A DNA stretch of 44,392 nucleotides from Octopus bimaculoides (taxonomy: Eukaryota). The position numbers were made by a program, and so were the translations under genes. The stretch covers positions 44,142,805-44,187,196 of the forward strand of contig NC_068983.1 of the NCBI RefSeq assembly GCF_001194135.2, given 5' to 3'. Shown in pieces: positions 24,016 through 36,487 of the stretch (position 1 is its first letter; the number at the start of each line of letters is the position of its first letter). The notes under the pieces are model-generated. The model did not search any database. It saw only the letters and a list, made by a program, of their open reading frames with translations, and had not been told where the DNA came from.

Positions 24016-24473
24016 TTCTACTTTAATATATTTGTATATATATATTATCTTGATATATTTATATATAAGCAGCTTTATTATACTATGTACCAGTTACTAT
24101 ATATTTTAATATGTCTTGTGTACTGTTTCCATGGTGTGTGTTTTGTCAGGTATGAACACTTCCTAGATACCCCTCAGCAATCTCGTTAACGTTTCCTGTC
24201 TGCACTCCCTCCACACACCTGCCTTTTTTTTTTTTTGTTAGAGATAACTAGTAAAGGAAAAGTGCAAAATGAGCACCCCCCCCCTCGTCAGGACAACAGT
24301 ATGTGAGTGAGGTGATGTAAGAGGAGTGGGGTTGGGATGTATTTGAGAGCTGGGTAGGAGAAGGGTAACAAATGGATTTTTGAGCATGGGATGAAGTTAT
24401 ACCCTCAGCCCAAGTTCAGAGACACTGAAATTGTAAAGAGAATAAGGAACTGAACGTGTGTGTGTGTAATGGG

Positions 24474-25028
24474 TTCAAATTTTGGCACAAGGCCAGCAAT
24501 TTTAGGGATAGAGTTATAGTTGAGTATATTGGTCCCTAGCACTCAACTGGTACTTATTTTATCCACTCCAAAAGGATGAAAGGAAAAGTTGATCTGAGTG
24601 GCATTTGAACTCAGAATATAAAAAAGAAACTGGCACTGCCACTTACGGCGATGAAGGTTCCAGTTGATCTGATTAACAGAACAGCTTGCTTATGAGATTA
24701 ACATACAAGTGGCTGAGCGCTTCAGACATTCATGCCCCTTTAGATACTCCTCAGGGAGATTCAGTGTGACACAGAGTATGACAAGGCTGGCCCTTGAAAT
24801 ACAGGTACTACTCATTTTTTGCCAGCTGAGTGGACTGGAGTAAAGTGAAATAAAGTGTCTTGCTCAAGGACAAAACATGCCACCAGGAATCAAGCTCGTG
24901 ATCCTATGATTGCGAGTCGAATACCTGAACCATTAAGCCATGTGCCTTCACGACTCAGTACAGATGGCCAGAAGAAATGCTGCTAAGCATGTTGTCTGTT
25001 GTGTGCTAAGGATTCAGCCAGCTTGCAG
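24474..25028 (-). mobile_element. Nin/Deu SINE (about 24474-24622 plus 24962-25028) interrupted by an S4 SINE (about 24626-24950)
   Basis: The Nin sequence stops after GAACTCAGAATATAAA and resumes at CCAGAAGAAATGCTGCTAAGCA. Confidence 0.65.
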
Positions 25029-26237
25029 TTTTAGTGGGTGTGTAGTGTGTGTGTGTGTGTGTTAAGGCTTTTTGCTTCAAATGCACATATGCAACAAAAT
25101 GGGGGAAAAAATAAACCAATAAAATAAAGATATAATATAAAAAATAAAACAAAAAGCAGATGAAACAGAGAAAGAATTTGGCATTGGTAAGCAATGACAG
25201 TCAAAGAATACTGCAACTAGAAATACTTCTACAACTAAACACGAACAGCAGAATTCTATGAAGATTTCCTTTTTAGATTTACTATCTGTGAATTCTTAAA
25301 GCTTGACGTCATTACAAGTTTTGCTAAGAACTTTTCTAAATATGGCAGTTTAAAGGAATTTTAAAGCTTTCTATTTTTGTTTTTGCTTTTATTTATCTAC
25401 TTTTTCTTTGCTAAAAAGAGTTCACAAGTTTCTTGGATTGAGGTAATGAAAACACCTCCTCCCATACAAAGGCGGCAGCAATAACAGTTACAACAACAAC
25501 ACTATTTCCAGTATGTAATGGAAAATATGAATTACTTGGTAAGCCATGCTTCAAATGAGGCAAGCAAAACAATTATTATTATTATTATTATTATTGTCAT
25601 TATTATTAATACTAAAAAGCCTAGGAAGCTTACTACATCATAAGACATTATATGGAAGCCTAAAAAAAAAGAAGTAAAATATGACAGCCATAGTAGAACC
25701 AATAAGAGGAAGAGAATAAGGAGGAAGAGGAGGAGGCAGAAGAGAAATCATTAAGACAGATGTAATAGTGCAAGGCTGTTATTTACTGAATTTAGAAGAA
25801 TTCTTTTTTTTTTTTCCGAAGAAAATCAACAAACCAAAAAATATTTAAGATCACACAAACGGCAAGCTTAGTTGTATTTTTCTTACCATTTTTAAATTGG
25901 AGGAAAATTTATAAAGTAAACATCAGACAATCTTGAAAGATGGAAATATAGTTTTTTTTTTATAAATCAGTACATAATCTAAGTTTTATAATAAAACAGT
26001 ATTCATATATTTATACTTTAGTGTATATGACATTTAAAAAAAAATTTTAATTTTAATAAATACAAATTAAAAAACAAAATGGAAGAAAAAAAATTATTAA
26101 AAAAGGAAAAATTAATTTAAATATTTAATAGATTTAGAAAAGTTTATAGACTGTTCAAGAAGATACAGTAATAATAGATACTGGCTTGATGCCAAATAAA
26201 TGTCATAACTATTGTAGGATTAAATAATAATAATAAT

Positions 26238-27090
26238 AATGGCACAAAATCAGCAATTTGAAAGGGTGGATAAGTCAAAATACATTGACCCAATCTTCAA
26301 ATGGTATTGATTTTATTAATCCTGAAAGGATGAAAGGCAAAGTCACACTCAAAAGGAATTTGAAGTCAGAAGGTAAAGAACTGGAAGAAACACTTAAGCA
26401 TTTTGCTTGATATGCTAACAATTCTCCCAGCTCACTGCCATTTTAAGCTATAATTTTTTTTTTTTCTATTATAAATACAAGGTCTGAAATTTGGTGGGAG
26501 TTGGCAAGGTGATAACATTGACCCCAAAACAAAAAAAAAAAGGGCAAAGTCAACCCCAGCAGAATTTGAACCCAGAATGTAAAGAGCTGGAAGAAAAGTT
26601 GCTTAGCATTTTGTCCAGTGTGGTAACGAACCTGCCAGCTTGTTGCCTTAATAACGATAATTCTTTCTACCATTGACACAAGGCCTGCATTTCAGGAGTG
26701 TGTTAGTTGATTTCAGTGACTCCAGTGCTTGACTAGAAGTTACCTTTACCAACCCCAACAGCATAAAAGGCAACAACAACCATGGCAGGCTTTGAACCCG
26801 GAATCTAAAGTCAAAAGAAATGCCACTAAACATTTTGTCTGGCATGCTTAATGATTCTGCTAGCTTGCCGCTATTAATAATAACGATTTCAAATTTTGGA
26901 ACGTGGCCAGTAATTTTGGAGGAAAGGACTAGTTGATTACATTGACCTCAATGCTCAACAGTGCCCATTTTATCAACTCCCACAAGGATGAAAGGCAAAG
27001 TTGAATCTGGCACAATTTGAACTTGGAAGGCAAAGGCAGATGAAATGTCAAGCATTTTGCCCAGTGGGAAAATTTTGTCAGCTCACCACT
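26238..27090 (-). mobile_element. Four head-to-tail diverged Nin/Deu SINE copies
   Basis: Units at about 26238-26444, 26468-26650, 26670-26872 and 26885-27090, each with TTTGAA...AAG/AACATTTTG...CCAGCT/CTAGCT/TCAGCT motifs. Confidence 0.7.
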
Positions 27091-27167
27091 ACTATTAATA
27101 AATAATTGATCTATATTAACAATATGACTTGAAGTGAATTCAGCTACAAGTGATGGGCTATAATATA

Positions 27168-27967
27168 CAGGGTGCGATGAGTAAATTGTTGCCATTTTAT
27201 ATTTTTAATTTTGCACATGTGCATTGTGTTTGATTTTGTTGACTACAAAGTATAGTAGGGTCAGTTGGGAACTGTCTGAGAAAAATAGTACCACAATGCA
27301 ATTCATTGCCAGAAATTTGGAAACGACATACTGTACTGCTTGGTATTTGAGCAGGAAGTGATAAAAATGTGCTGAGAGTTATAAAAATCAAACATCTAGT
27401 TAACATCATGGCGACGTTATGACTCCATTCATCTTCTCACATGGCCTTAGACTCAACACGGAGGCCTACGTCAAAGTAGAGGAGGTAGTGCTGTCCTGGG
27501 TCAAGAAGGTGGTAGCTGGAAACCCTATATCTGACAATGGGACTCTGCATCATACCACACAAGCAGGAGAACCCAATCATAACTGTCAGACAATTTCTGC
27601 GACCACATCACCCCTAACATCTGGCCACCCAACTCCCCAGACTGCAACCCTCTTGATTATTATGTGTGGGTCACAGTTGGGTGAGAGACCAACAAAACTC
27701 CTTGCAACACCAAAGATGAACTGAAGGCAAGGATCATGGCAGCATTCACCAACCTAAACAAGGAGACCATCCAGAAGAGTTGCAGGAGATTCCGAAGTCG
27801 TCTGCAGGCCATGATTGAAGCCAATGGTGATTTTATTGAATAAATTTACTCTTTAGTATTTTGAGATATTTTTTATATAATTTTGGTAAATATATCTGTT
27901 AAAATGAGATGTCAGCGTTATTTTAATTTTTGCGTAATTTAGACGACAGTTTATTCACCGCACCCTG
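27168..27967 (+). mobile_element. Internally deleted Tc1/mariner element of the DD37D (maT) family; transposase pseudogene
   Basis: TA|CAGGGTGCGATGAGTAAATTGTTGCC and GACGACAGTTTATTCACCGCACCCTG|TA form a 26-bp TIR with 5 mismatches and a TA duplication. Translation gives W-D-SASYHTSRRTQS*LSDNFCDHITPNIWPPNSPDCNPL-D-YYVW...EANGDFIE* (stop 27841-27843), with 37 residues between the last two Asp. Confidence 0.9.
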
Positions 27968-28804
27968 TAAATATATATTGAGTTAAAAACCCCTTGGACA
28001 GATAAAAAGGGTCAAAAGTAACCCACACAGACAGGCTACCAGTTACACTAAAGCAACCTTCCATTTTAGATGGGTCCCGCACTCAAGAAAATAATTTAGT
28101 TAAACAATAATAAGATTTTAGTCATCCATTAATGTTAAATGAATGCAATAAAATAAACAAGATGGTAAAAGAATGAGAGAAATCGTTTAACGTCCGTTTT
28201 CCATGCTGGCATGGGTTGGATACTGTAAGTTGATAAAAGAAGACAGGCTGCTGTCTGAAGGAAAACTTATTTTCCTCTTGTCAAGACAAAAATGGTAGAA
28301 GGAAAGGCCATTTTTATAGAGAACCAATTGAATAGGCAGAAGATAGACAAGAAAAATAATTTATAGGAGTTAGCCATGAAGAAAGTTTCCAAGAGAGAAA
28401 AAAAAAATGGAAAAAATTTTTTAAAAAATGGAAAAAAAGAAAAAAAAGATAAAAATTGTAGAAGTTGAGAAATAAAAATGTTTAAATAAAAAAGAAAAAT
28501 AGTAACTACAACATTCTTTCAAATGAAAATAATTGAAATTTAAAAGAAACTAAACATATATATATATAATTATTATTATTATTGTTGTTATTATTTGAAA
28601 TAGTTTTGTGTGGCCCCATGTGACAAAGTTTCGTAGCCTTGTTACAGGAACCTAGCTTGCCAGGTCAGTTCACTGATTTGGTTAACTAAGTATACAAAAC
28701 TAAGTTGTGTGGGGCTGGATCAAACTGTTTTAAATAATAATAGTAATAATGTAACTCCTACTAAATGTGTTGTGTTCCTGTTTCTTTCATTAGTCCACTC
28801 ACCC

Positions 28805-28890
<86 letters not shown>

Positions 28891-29554
28891 GAAGGAACTT
28901 GTGGAACAGGTAGACTCGAGGTGGTGAAGCATGACCTTCGACTATTTGGCCTCACAGAGGCAATGACAGGAGACTGAAACCTTTGGAAATTTGCTGTGAT
29001 TGAGAAGGCCCAGCAACTAAAGTGAGATCGCAGCCATAGCTGATGCCAGTGTTGCATGTCTGGCCCATTTAAGAGTACCCTTGATGCATGGGTGATATAT
29101 GCTTAAGACCTGTTGAGTCAAGTAAAACCAAAATCGTAGCTGTGGCCAGTGCTCCCTGATTGTCTCCTGTTCCGGTGTCATGTAAAATGCATCATCCAAA
29201 CATGGTTGATGCCAGTGTCCCCCAACTGGCTCTTGTGCCAGTGGCAAGTAAAAAGCACCATCCGAACGTAGTGGATGCCAGGTCCGCCTGATTGGCTCCC
29301 TTGCCGGTGGCATGTAAAAAGCACTATCTGAACATAATCAATACCAGGCTCACCTAACTGGCTCCTGTGCCGGTGACACATAAAAAGCACCCACTACACT
29401 CTCGGAGTGGTTGGCATTAGGAAGAGCAACCAACTGTTGAAACATTGCCAGATCAGATTGGAGCCTGGTGCAGCCGCTGGCTCTCCAGACCTCAGTTAAA
29501 CCATCCAATCCATGCCAACATGGAAAATGGACGGTAAACGATGATGATGATGAT
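28891..29554 (+). mobile_element. 5'-truncated RTE-clade LINE: ORF2 C-terminus, 3'UTR with 66-bp units, (GAT)n tail
   Basis: EGTCGTGRLEVVKHDLRLFGLTEAMTGD*NLWKFAVIEKAQQLK* (stop 29023-29025) matches the RTE C-terminal pattern GRP..TW..VV..DL...GL......DR..W. Confidence 0.8.
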
Positions 29555-29910
29555 AATATGTATTTGTGGGTATTTAAAATTTAAACTTTTCAACAGAAAC
29601 CAGTACAACTGAAGGAAGTTTTAATTTTAAACATTTAACATGGAATTGAAAATAATGATAATGATAATAATGGTTTCTGATTTAGGCCAGCAGTTTTTTT
29701 GAGAGGGGAGGACTTAGTCAATACAAAAACAGTACTTGACTGATTTTGTATTGAGTTTGAAAGTACAAAAGGCAAGGCTGACCTTGGCAGGTTTTGAACT
29801 GATTATAAAAGGCCAGAACGAATATTACTAGTAATAAAAATGAATAAATAGGTAAAAATTATAAGTAAAAGAATATTAAAATAAAGTAAATTCAAAAGTA
29901 GATATAAAAT

Positions 29911-29948
<38 letters not shown>

Positions 29949-30278
29949 GAGAGTGAGAGAAAGAGAGTGAAAGAGATAGAGAGACCATAATATTTGTTGT
30001 ACTCCAACTACCTGACCCAGTGAAAGAGTGAGAAAGAATCTGTATAAACCAAATCTATATTGTAAGATATGTTACTGACATGTGAGAGAGAGAGAGTGAG
30101 AGTGCTTAAAAGAAATGAATATATATTAAATATTTACTTGCATTGTATGTCATGACATTACATAAAGTAAAAGAACAAAAGCGTTACAGAGTTGCTGTGT
30201 GTGTACCTGCCAGTATCTGCTTGGTGTTCGATTGTATTAAGAAATGTTCATGTTAGAAAAGTTGGTGCAGAGGACAAC

Positions 30279-30324
<46 letters not shown>

Positions 30325-30555
30325 ATATATGTATATATTATTTCTGGTCATGTCAGCCCCTTGCTGCCCTTGAGTTTCACTGTAGCCACACAAAATCTTC
30401 AGGGAAGCTGTGTCTACTTGCCTGAAGATCCTGTGTGCCTACAAGTGAAATTCAGAAAGGCTGAATCAACCAAAATAAAATATCATTAAGCTCTACTATG
30501 ACATTGAGTACTCTTTCTTCTCGTAGTTAATACTAAATGGCTGTATGTATGTATG

Positions 30556-30591
<36 letters not shown>

Positions 30592-31047
30592 TATATATAT
30601 ATGTACATACATACACACTATTTGTGGGTTAAAAGGCAACCAATGGTTTCATGTGAAGAAATCTTCACAATTGTTCAAATGTATTGGTATTTGTCTCCAT
30701 TTTGGATGAGAATATCTACATGACACATACAGACTTGGAAGGAAATCATACGTTTAAATAAATAAGATAAAAGCAAACAGCAGTGACAACATTTAAGAGC
30801 AATTTCCACCTCCCCTCTAAACAAAATTTATAAAATAATAAATACCATACATCAGCCATTTGGGGATTCATCTTATGGAGCTTCTAAAACATGTATGTAT
30901 GTATGTATGTATATGTGAACATACATGCATATGTGTGTGTGTTTGTGTGTGTGTGTGTGTATAGATGTATTGTTATTGCAATGTGTAGTCCTGGGCTAGT
31001 CATGTTCCAGCAGAACAGGTAGCAGCTAGGTATTTGGTTAATCAGAC

Positions 31048-31274
31048 CGGTGGTTCTCAAACATATGGCTATAAGATTTTGTTATTAAAATTTACGTGCA
31101 ATAAATTGGTTAATATATTATTACAATACACAAAATATTTTGACAATTTTTTTTCAATACAATTACGAATAATAATTAATAATAATAATGAAAAATTGCA
31201 TTTTTAAAACATAAAATGGCTATGAAGTTCCATTCAAATGAAATAGACAAGTAAAAAATGGTTGAGAACCACTG
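31048..31274. mobile_element. hAT/Charlie-like MITE
   Basis: TIRs CGGTGGTTCTCAAAC and GGTTGAGAACCACTG (Charlie-type CAGTGGTTCTCAA). Flanking 8-mers AATCAGAC and TGTTAGAT match only 4/8. Confidence 0.65.
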
Positions 31275-31713
31275 TGTTAGATTATCTACAGAACCATAAC
31301 CTTGGATGAAGAGTACACTTCACAGTCCAACATACATTGGCTTAAATGTGTGTGTGTGTGTGTGTGTGTGACCATGTCATGACCTCACACACTGACTGTA
31401 AACAAACATCACCATCATACAAATGCAATCATTTGTTTGCAATCTTCTGTGAAAAGATGTCTGGCCATTGATCTGTTCATATTTGAAGGACTAAAGGAAA
31501 ATATTACTTAGCTTATAAAACAAATGAGGGTTGGTGAAAGAAGAACATCTGGTTGTAGAAAATCTGCCTCAACAAACTTTGACCGACTCATGCAGGTATG
31601 GAAAAGTAGACATTAAAACAATGAGGATATCTACACACACACACACATACACCAGTGCAGTAAATTTCTTTTGTGGAGTCACCGTCAACATGGGAATAAT
31701 TAATCCTGTTGAC

Positions 31714-31900
31714 TTAATCCTTTAGCATTCAGATTACTGTCAAATGCAATGCTTATTTTTCACATTGTTTTGAATTAATCATGCATTATCTCATAGCTTT
31801 GAGAGTTTGATGATGTGATTGCATAGTTTTAAAACATTGTAGGTTAAGTGTGACAGGTCTGATCTAGTTGGCTGGAACAACAGAATATTTGAGCTGGACT
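31714..31900 (+). mobile_element. Second TTAA-type MITE, 5' part
   Basis: Starts TTAATCCTTTAGCATTCAGAT. The right end is obscured by the adjacent SINE. Confidence 0.4.
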
Positions 31901-32205
31901 CACTGGCACTCTGTTGATTACAATGAGGCTTCCAGTAGATCTGATCAACAGAACAGCTTACTAGAGGAATTAATGTGCAAGTGGCTGAGTACTCCATAGA
32001 CATGCATATCCTTAATGTAGATCTCTGGGAAAATTAGTGTGACACAGAATGCGACAAGGATGGCCCCTTTGAATTACAGGTACAACTCATTTTTGCCAGC
32101 TGAGTGGATTGAAGCAATGGGAAATAAAGTGTCTTGCTCAACAATACACTGCATCGCTGGGTGTCAACCTAATGACCTAACAACTGGAAGCCAAATACCT
32201 CTAAC
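31901..32205 (-). mobile_element. SINE family S4
   Basis: Collinear with 24626-24950. Confidence 0.7.
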
Positions 32206-32260
32206 CATGGATTAGAGAATTGTGACCTTCATGCATCTTATTAAAACACCTGCAGAATAG

Positions 32261-32299
<39 letters not shown>

Positions 32300-32862
32300 A
32301 CAGGCACAGGTAAATAAACGAAAAGGTACAATCTGTGAGAAAAAGAAACAGAAAAACAAAACAAAAACAAACTATTTAGATTGGTAAAAGAAAATGGCAG
32401 AGGGGATACAGAAAAAAGATAGAAAGCAAACAAATTGTTACCGACAGGAGATATAAGACTAGACAGATATATCAAGGTGCGATATAATATCTAATCCTGT
32501 ATGGATGGGTGGTCTGCTGGATTGACCAAGATTGAGAACTGAAAGGAAAATCATTTTGTTATAAAAAGGAAACCAGCAACTTCTCTAAGACAAAGGAAAA
32601 CCTGAGTTAATTTTATTTTAAAGAAACAAGAACAATAAAAAACAAAATGAATTAAAAAAAAGTAATGGTGAAGCAAAGATTATTTTTACTATTTCAATTG
32701 CTTCTCCGTCACTCTTACTGTTTCTTTTTCCTCCTCATCCTCCTTTACCGTCTCATTCTCTCTACATCTCTCTCTCGTACTTACTATCCACTGAACTGTC
32801 TGTCTGTCTGTCTCTTTCTTTGGACTTACTGACTCTCTCTCTCTCCCTCACCCACTGAGCAT

Positions 32863-32901
<39 letters not shown>

Positions 32902-33785
32902 CCTCTCCCTCTCTCTCTGTTTTGTTGTATTCCTTTATACCTCTATACAAAATAGGTTGAATTTCATCCCAGATGGAGTCTGGAGAGGGGATTGACATGA
33001 TCATTCATGCCCCCAGGGATTAATTAAATTAGTACTAACTAGGTAACAAAGGCAAATCTTCCACTACCACTCCTCTTTCCCGCCCTCTCCAATATCTGTG
33101 AGACTGTAGTGTGCCTCTGTAAAGAAAACATTAGAATTAATATATCAAAACATCAAAAGTATACGTCTTTTATAGGGATTCCAACTAACATTGGGGAAAA
33201 CATTTAGTCATGGAAACTTGGGTGGTTTCTTACTCTCTCTTTCTTTTTGAAGAGAGATGAAAAAAAACTGAAGAATACAAACAGAAAACCTAATGAGAGC
33301 CAAGACTTGAACTGAAATACTGTGAAAAGAAACTCCAGATAGATAATTAGAAATATAAAAAAAATAAAGATATAATACATTAATAAAAAAGAAACTAAAT
33401 CAAAAATGCCATTTTATGAAAACAGTGTGATTAGATAAATATCAACAATTTTGGTCAATTAGCAATGAGAAAGGAATCTTGGAGAGCTTGAGTTCCAAAT
33501 ATTACCAGCTGCTATAGGAAAGAAAACATTCTTCAGAAAAAAAAAAAAAGATTTAAAATGGTACTGAAATGGAGGGGAAAAACGCATACATAAAGAAATG
33601 AGAATCATATATTAATTGAAATTTTTCTTACACAAAACTTTCCTATGTCCAATTCATGTTTCTAATGGGAAGAACTCCAGCAGAGAAGAATCGATTGAAG
33701 AAAGAAAAGGGAAGAGATATGAGGATTATTAGGAAAAAAGGATTGGTTATTGTATTTTGTAAAGAGAACACAGAGCAAGGTGACT

Positions 33786-33935
33786 GGGTGTAGAATATAA
33801 AGCAGGTTGTAGAACAGAGAGGTTTCTGGGGTAGAATATAGAGTAATGTGTCAGGTGTAGAATATAAAGCAGGGTGTAAAATACAGGAATTTCTAGGTGT
33901 AGAATATAGGGCAGGGTTTTTGGGTAGAGAAAGTA
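33786..33935. repeat. Degenerate minisatellite (core GGTGTAGAATATAAAGCA) just downstream of the PH beta-1 exon donor
   Basis: About 7 units of 18-25 bp read directly. Confidence 0.75.
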
Positions 33936-33989
33936 TGTGGGGATTTGATACCTGGGTAAAAATGCAAAGAAATTGCTGCTGTAACTTAC

Positions 33990-34043
33990 TTTCTCAGTGC
34001 TGCCTTGTTTTATCAGCCAGCCTTGCTTCATATACATCATATC
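33990..34043 (-). CDS. MPRIP: Exon encoding the first strand of the PH domain (54 nt; DMMYMKQGWLIKQGSTEK)
   Basis: Acceptor CTTTTTACCTATTCCAG|GAT and donor AAA|GTAAGT. The K-x-G-W-L-x-K PH beta-1 motif matches MPRIP/TRIOBP LLNFKKGWLTK and continues in frame into the next exon. Confidence 0.9.
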
Positions 34044-34227
34044 CTGGAATAGGTAAAAAGGTATATTGTGTACAAATGTTTGTAAAATTTTTGAGCAATG
34101 TAGCTGACTGATTAATCTAAACATCTAAGGTGATGCCAACAAATGAAACACAAAAGATTGAGTTAACTTACATGGGCTGTTTAATAAATAAGCCTACAAT
34201 ATTTTGAGAAAAGTCCCTGTTTTCAAA

Positions 34228-34770
34228 TCATCATCATCATCATCCTCATCGTTTAATGTCCGCTTTCCATGCTAGCATGGGTTGGACGATTTGACTGAGG
34301 ACTGGTGGACCAGGTGGCTGCACCAGGCTTCAATCTGATTTGGCAGAGTTTCTACAGCTGGATACCCTTCCTAACGCCAACCACTCCGAGAGTGTAGTGA
34401 GTGCTTTTACGTGCCACCGGCACGAAGGCCAGTCAGGCGGTACTGGCAATGGCCACGCTTGAAATGGCGTATTTTACGTGCCACCTGCACAGGAGCCAGT
34501 GCAGCGGCACTGGCAATGATCTCGCTCGAATGTCTTTTCACGTGCCAGGAAGGCGATGTTGGTAATGATTCCGCTCAAATGGCAGTATTTACGTGCCACT
34601 GGCACAGAAGCTAGACAGCTGCTCTGGCAACAATCACGCTCGGACGGTGCTCTTAGTGCTCCACTGGTACAGGTGCCATCACGATTTCGCTTTCACTTGC
34701 CCCAACAGGTCTTCGCAAGCAGAGTTTAGTGTCCAATGAAGGAATGTTACGCGTAAGTGGGCTGGCTAAA
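34228..34770 (-). mobile_element. RTE 3'UTR repeat array plus tail
   Basis: Reverse (GAT)n tail, then units with TTTTACGTGCC at about 34409, 34476, 34540 and 34591. Confidence 0.75.
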
Positions 34771-35140
34771 TGAAAAAGAAAATGAGTCCAGTGAAGTGTT
34801 TTGCTGCATGTGATCTCAGCTTGTAATGGTCAAAATATACCAATATGCTTAATGTACCGACTGTGATTGGTCAAAGTGTGATGTTACATGACAAATTAGC
34901 ATTGAATGCTAATAATAGTGATGACATCCCATCAGTTCCAACCCAGCCAGCAGAGGTAAACTTATCTCATTGACGCTAGTTATGATATATCATCATTATT
35001 ATTTAACATCGACTTTCCCATACTTTTGCATAAATGAAATTTATTGAGGCAGATCTTCTATGGTCAGATGCCCTTGTTGCCAACCCTCACAAAGACATAT
35101 ATAGTTTCATGTGTATGTGTGTGTATACACACACACACAC

Positions 35141-35303
35141 AACAGGCTTCTACAGTTTCTGTCTACCGAATTCAGTCACAAAGAATTGGTTGGCCTGGAG
35201 CTAAAATAGAAAACATTTTCCCAAAGCTTTGTGCACTGGGATCGAACCCAAAACCACGCAGTTTCAAAGCAGGCTTCTTATCCACACAGCTATGCCTGTG
35301 CCT
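35141..35303 (-). mobile_element. SINE family S1, 5' half
   Basis: Reverse complement of the S1 head. Confidence 0.7.
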
Positions 35304-35369
35304 ACTGTCTGCACCTATTAATAAATTCATAAACATTGTGAGCAGATAATTCATTAACCGATATCTTAC

Positions 35370-35438
35370 CTCAATCTTCCTCTCCTGTTTCATGTCCTTT
35401 TGTTTTGATACGGAATTCATTTCTGAAGATTTAGCCAT
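35370..35438 (-). CDS. MPRIP: Candidate internal exon (69 nt, phase 0-0; MAKSSEMNSVSKQKDMKQERKIE) of the outspread/MPRIP-like gene
   Basis: Minus strand reads TTTTTCTTGTCTTTTGTGATTTAG|ATGGCT...ATTGAG|GTAAGA, with a polypyrimidine acceptor and a strong donor. It is open in the frame that joins the phase-0 exon 1.3 kb downstream. I recognise no homology in the peptide itself. Confidence 0.65.
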
Positions 35439-35991
35439 CTAAATCACAAAAGACAAGAAAAACAATTTTAAAAAAATTTTTTAAAAAACAATGAATTTCA
35501 CCTGATATTATAAATTAGTTGTCAGTTTTGACATTAAATCTTTTCAAATTAGGAGTTTCCAGCAAACAAAATCAATAAAATCTGATCAGTGAAATATATA
35601 CTTTATAAGTTGGTCTTCATAATTAATATGGTATTTTTTTTTTTTTTGATGAGAGAAGATTCTGGAAAGACAGCTTGTTTTTAGACTTTTTGTTATCTTT
35701 CCGAAGAGGATTATTACAAAAAATAGAACCAGAGACATACTAATATGCAATCATTTTTGAACAATCATCATTAGCATTTTCATTGTCTTAATGCTTCATT
35801 TTAACACACTTCCAGGAGTCAAGAGGTATATTTTGAGACAGATTTCAACAGCCAAACGCTTTCCGTATTGCCAACACTTACCTGTTTCCAGGCAAGGTGA
35901 TAGCTTTCTCTAGTCTAGACATGTTTTCACCAGATATTGCAAACAAACAGCACCACTTGTATGACTATGTCTGTTTATAGATAGCACACAA

Positions 35992-36487
<496 letters not shown>

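Noticed and set aside
25304-25311. Perfect CRE palindrome TGACGTCA
   Set aside because: A single 8-mer in 44 kb is compatible with chance and has no supporting cluster.
32762-33004. ORF MIMSIPSPDSIWDEIQPILYRG...
   Set aside because: Mostly (GA)n-derived. The splice signals are weak, and an insertion here would interrupt the PH fold.
35876-35884. Strong donor CAG|GTAAGT on the gene strand
   Set aside because: It lies within a SINE tail remnant, with no acceptor or open exon upstream.
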